Positions 60,917 through 64,000 of a stretch of 64,000 nt of DNA are shown one piece after another (the stretch's first letter is position 1; the number at the start of each line of letters is the position of its first letter). The stretch spans positions 15 through 64,014 of the forward strand of contig CAZTZY010000004.1 of NCBI GenBank assembly GCA_964617765.1, written 5' to 3'. This DNA comes from an uncultured Spongiibacteraceae bacterium (GTDB lineage: Bacteria > Pseudomonadota > Gammaproteobacteria > Pseudomonadales > DT-91). A program made the translations under genes and the position numbers. The notes under the pieces are model-generated. The model had not been told where the DNA came from. It saw only the letters and a program-made list of their open reading frames with translations, and searched no databases.

Positions 60917-61540
60917 GTGTACGAATTTTTCCTAGCTGGCGGCATACTCATGTGGCCGATATTGTTTTGTTCGATAGCCGCAATAGCCATTTGTGTAGAG
61001 CGTTTATGGAGCTTGAGCCCCACCAAAATTGCACCAGCCAACCTTATTGCCCAGGTCTGGGTGTGGTTAAAAAATGATGAATTTACCGTGGAGAGGATGC
61101 GCGAGTTGAAAATGTCCTCGCCTTTGGGATATATCCTTGCTGCGGGTTTAACGAATTCAAACAGCCGTGATTCAATGAAAGAGAGCATCGAGGAAGCAGC
61201 CAGTCATGTCATTCATGATCTGGAACGATATCTCAACCCATTGGGTACTATAGCTGCCATTAGCCCATTATTAGGATTGTTAGGTACAGTATTCGGAATG
61301 ATACAGGTATTCAGCGATATCATGGTGCAAGGCACTGGTGATTCGCAAGTGTTGGCAGGTGGTATATCTACTGCGCTGATTACAACAGCAGCTGGATTGT
61401 CTGTAGCTATTCCGGCGTTAGTCATGCATCGTTATTTTGAGCGAAAGATCGACAGTATAGTCGTGCAGTTAGAGCAACAATCATTGAAACTCGTTGATGC
61501 GTTACATTCCAATCGGCAAGTGGAAGTGAAAGAGCATTAA
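60917..61540 (+). CDS. exbB: MotA/TolQ/ExbB-family proton channel
   Basis: GTG start. Motifs: GGILMWPILFCSIAAIAICVERL, LGTIAAISPLLGLLGTVFGMI and ALITTAAGLSVAIPALVMHRYF. Confidence 0.85.
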   Translation: MYEFFLAGGILMWPILFCSIAAIAICVERLWSLSPTKIAPANLIAQVWVWLKNDEFTVERMRELKMSSPLGYILAAGLTNSNSRDSMKESIEEAASHVIHDLERYLNPLGTIAAISPLLGLLGTVFGMIQVFSDIMVQGTGDSQVLAGGISTALITTAAGLSVAIPALVMHRYFERKIDSIVVQLEQQSLKLVDALHSNRQVEVKEH

Positions 61541-61543
61541 TCG

Positions 61544-61960
61544 ATGCAATTCAAACGTCAAAAAAGGGATAAATTAAACGTAGATATAACGCCATTAATT
61601 GATGTGGTTTTTTTGTTGCTTATCTTCTTTATGGTTTCCACTACATTTACCAATAAAACTGAATTAACCATTGATCTCCCTGAGGCAAAGGGTCAATTGC
61701 AAATGCAAGCGAATGATGCCATTGAAGTTCTTATTAATGAATCCGGCGAATATTCAGTCAATGGCCAACGCTTGATTAATGATGACTTTGCTACCCTTAA
61801 AAGTGCCATCAGTCAGGTGGCCGATCATAATCTTAAAAAGCCATTCCTGATTACAGCTGATGCCAATACATCGCATCAATCGGTAGTAAAAGTCATGGAT
61901 GCAGCTGGTCAGTTAGGGTTAACCAATCTCAGTATCACTACCATAAAACCTAATGAGTAA
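61544..61960 (+). CDS. exbD: ExbD/TolR-family protein
   Basis: Motifs: LNVDITPLIDVVFLLLIFFMVSTTF and FLITADANTSHQSVVKVMDAAGQLG. It starts 3 nt after exbB. Confidence 0.85.
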   Translation: MQFKRQKRDKLNVDITPLIDVVFLLLIFFMVSTTFTNKTELTIDLPEAKGQLQMQANDAIEVLINESGEYSVNGQRLINDDFATLKSAISQVADHNLKKPFLITADANTSHQSVVKVMDAAGQLGLTNLSITTIKPNE

Positions 61961-63803
61961 GATGTTGCCAAAAAATAAAATACCGATTTCCAGTGATTGG
62001 CATACTTATAAACGCTTGCTGCATTATGTTAAGCCTTATACGGCTGCATTCATTCTCAGTCTGTTGGGTTTTATGCTTTTTGCTACCATGGATGTGCTGG
62101 CAGCCGATTTGATGCAGTATTTGATTGATAGTATTGGTGGCAACCTCACGTCCGAAAAAAAAACCGGCATCATCAGTTCTGTTTTGCAGAAACTGGTTTT
62201 TGTTGATATGTATAATGCAGAGCAGGTGAGAATTATTGCCCCTTCCCTGATTATCATTATCGCATTGGTAAGAAGTATTGGTTTTTATGTGGGTAATTAC
62301 TATATTCGTTTTGTCGGCAATCATGTGGTTTTTGATTTACGGCAAAAACTGTTCGAGCAAATGGTTAGATTGCCCGTTTCTTACATTAACTCCAAAAATA
62401 GCGGCACTTTGATTAGCCGCATAATCTATAACGTGTCTCAAGTTTCCGGTTCGGTGACAACAGCCATCACTACCTATTTCCGTGAAGGCCTGACGGTTAT
62501 CTTTTTGTTTGCTTATCTTGTGTATATCAATTGGCAGCTCACACTGACATTTATAGCCATTGCTCCCTTTGTTGCCGGGGTGGTGAATGTTGTGAGTCAG
62601 CGATTCCGTCGCATCAGTCACCAGATGCAGCATTCGATGGGTGATATTACCCATGTTATTTCAGAGATGGTAAACGGAAATCGGGAAGTAAGAATCTATG
62701 GTGCCCAGGAGTCTGAGGTAAAGCGTTTTTTTGGTATCAGTAAAACCAATTTAAAACAGCAAATGAAAATGGCGATCACTAACGCCGCATTTTCTCCAGT
62801 GATACAGACCTTACTTACGTTTGCCCTGGCCGTCTTGGTTTGGCTTGGCCTGGATGCTGATATTGTCAGTTCCATGTCATCAGGTTTGTTCGTGTCTTAT
62901 CTTATTGCAGCAGGAGCCATTGGAAAACCCATACGCCAAGTCACTTCAGTCGTCAGTACCATACAGCAAGGTTTGGCGGCATCGGAAGATATATTTTTAC
63001 AGTTTGATGAACCGCTTGAACATGATGCGGGCACGCTGGAGTTACACAATGTAAAAGGTGCTGTACGTTTTGACAATGTGCACTTCACCTATCCAGGGCA
63101 AGAAGAAGAAACATTAAAGGGAATCAGCTTTGAAGCCAGGGCAGGACAGATGATTGCACTTGTGGGGGCATCAGGAGGTGGAAAAACCACGATGGCCGGA
63201 TTAATACCGCGTTTCTACAATATTGATAGCGGTACAATCTATATTGATGATATTGATATTTCGACATTAACGCTGAACAATTTGCGCAAACATATTGCAT
63301 TGGTTAGTCAGAATGTCGTATTAATGAATGATACGGTCCAGAATAATATCGCCTATGGTGAGTTGAATGTAAAAACCCTGGAAGAGGTTCAGGCAGCTGC
63401 TAAATTAGCTAATGCCGATGAGTTTATATTGGCGCTGGATCAGGGTTATAAAACCAGGATCGGAGATAATGGTTTGCGTTTGTCAGGTGGGCAAAGACAA
63501 CGTATTGCCATAGCTCGAGCAGTGTTGAAAAATGCGCCCATCCTGATTCTTGATGAAGCTACTTCAGCGCTCGATAATGATTCTGAAAAGCTCATTCAGG
63601 CAGCTTTGTACGATGCAGCGCGTAACCGTACCACTATCGTTATTGCTCATCGGCTTTCCACTATTGAAAAAGCCGACAAGATTCTCGTCATAGATGCGGG
63701 CAGGATTATTGAAGCAGGCACACATCAGGAATTACTGGCTAAAAATGGCCGTTATGCTGAATTACATCGTACCAATAAGGTTGATGATTCGGTGGAGTCC
63801 TAG
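61953..63803 (+). CDS. msbA: Lipid A export ABC transporter permease/ATPase MsbA
   Basis: A six-TM exporter domain plus a nucleotide-binding domain. Walker A: GASGGGKTT. Signature: LSGGQRQRIAIARA. Walker B: ILILDEATSALD. It lies immediately upstream of lpxK. Confidence 0.85.
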   Translation: MSKMLPKNKIPISSDWHTYKRLLHYVKPYTAAFILSLLGFMLFATMDVLAADLMQYLIDSIGGNLTSEKKTGIISSVLQKLVFVDMYNAEQVRIIAPSLIIIIALVRSIGFYVGNYYIRFVGNHVVFDLRQKLFEQMVRLPVSYINSKNSGTLISRIIYNVSQVSGSVTTAITTYFREGLTVIFLFAYLVYINWQLTLTFIAIAPFVAGVVNVVSQRFRRISHQMQHSMGDITHVISEMVNGNREVRIYGAQESEVKRFFGISKTNLKQQMKMAITNAAFSPVIQTLLTFALAVLVWLGLDADIVSSMSSGLFVSYLIAAGAIGKPIRQVTSVVSTIQQGLAASEDIFLQFDEPLEHDAGTLELHNVKGAVRFDNVHFTYPGQEEETLKGISFEARAGQMIALVGASGGGKTTMAGLIPRFYNIDSGTIYIDDIDISTLTLNNLRKHIALVSQNVVLMNDTVQNNIAYGELNVKTLEEVQAAAKLANADEFILALDQGYKTRIGDNGLRLSGGQRQRIAIARAVLKNAPILILDEATSALDNDSEKLIQAALYDAARNRTTIVIAHRLSTIEKADKILVIDAGRIIEAGTHQELLAKNGRYAELHRTNKVDDSVES

Positions 63804-63805
63804 CC

Positions 63806-64000
63806 ATGCATAATGGCTTCGAATATATCTGGTATAAAAATCGCTTTCTTGGTTATCTTCTGTTGCCATTGGCACTGTTTTTTTTACTGATTGTCATCAT
63901 TCGTCGCCAATACCTTCAATACCGCCGGGCGCCGGAAGTTATCAAGAAGCCCGTCATTGTGGTAGGTAATATTACCGTTGGGGGTACAGGTAAAACCCCG
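63806..64000 (+). CDS. lpxK: Tetraacyldisaccharide 4'-kinase LpxK, N-terminal fragment (continues past the window end)
   Basis: The ATG lies 2 nt after the msbA stop. The translation is MHNGFEYIWYKNRFLGYLLLPLALFF...PVIVVGNITVGGTGKTP, which contains the LpxK P-loop. The frame stays open to nt 64000. Confidence 0.85.
   Translation, partial: MHNGFEYIWYKNRFLGYLLLPLALFFLLIVIIRRQYLQYRRAPEVIKKPVIVVGNITVGGTGKTP

Noticed and set aside
1-64000. Search for mobile elements, integrases, tRNA/rRNA genes, CRISPR arrays or recognisable phage-defence genes
   Set aside because: - No transposase, integrase or recombinase-like ORF is present in the ORF track.
- No tRNA-like T-arm (GGTTCGAATCC-type) was noticed in the intergenic regions.
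- No short direct-repeat/spacer array is present.
- The MotA/ExbB-like genes are accompanied by ExbD/TonB-like partners rather than Zorya-type ZorC/ZorD.

Overview
This 64 kb chromosomal window appears to come from an AT-leaning gammaproteobacterium. I infer that from gene content and synteny only; no search was run. The supporting synteny is lolCDE-DUF2062-comEC-exbBD-msbA-lpxK, a 13-gene nuo operon with fused nuoCD, and a complete nqrABCDEF-apbE-nqrM operon.

The left ~27 kb looks accessory. It holds:
- the 3' end of a giant Ig-repeat adhesin with exactly phased 312-bp repeats;
- a TPR-flanked sulfotransferase;
- a dedicated type I secretion system (TolC, ABC transporter with a degenerate C39-like domain, HlyD-type fusion protein);
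- a single-chain tandem-MarR regulator;
- about 1 kb with no credible gene;
- a tightly coupled nine-gene operon of secreted and lipoprotein TPR proteins, ExbB/TolQ, two ExbD/TolR paralogues and a TonB-C/AgmX-like protein;
- a BNR-propeller / RND / DUF1329 module.

The composition and order of the nine-gene operon match the Agl-Glt 'core' envelope machine, whose function is unknown outside myxobacteria. This is my top candidate for an uncharacterised system.

The right ~36 kb is housekeeping: a pilU-like ATPase, a CoA-transferase, a nitroreductase, nuoA-N, long-form GAPDH, Na+-NQR with its maturation genes, Lol, ComEC, ExbBD, MsbA and the start of LpxK.

I saw no rRNA, tRNA, CRISPR array, transposase or integrase. 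Start codons were refined by eye from the ORF track. Hairpin coordinates are hand-counted and may be off by 1-2 nt.
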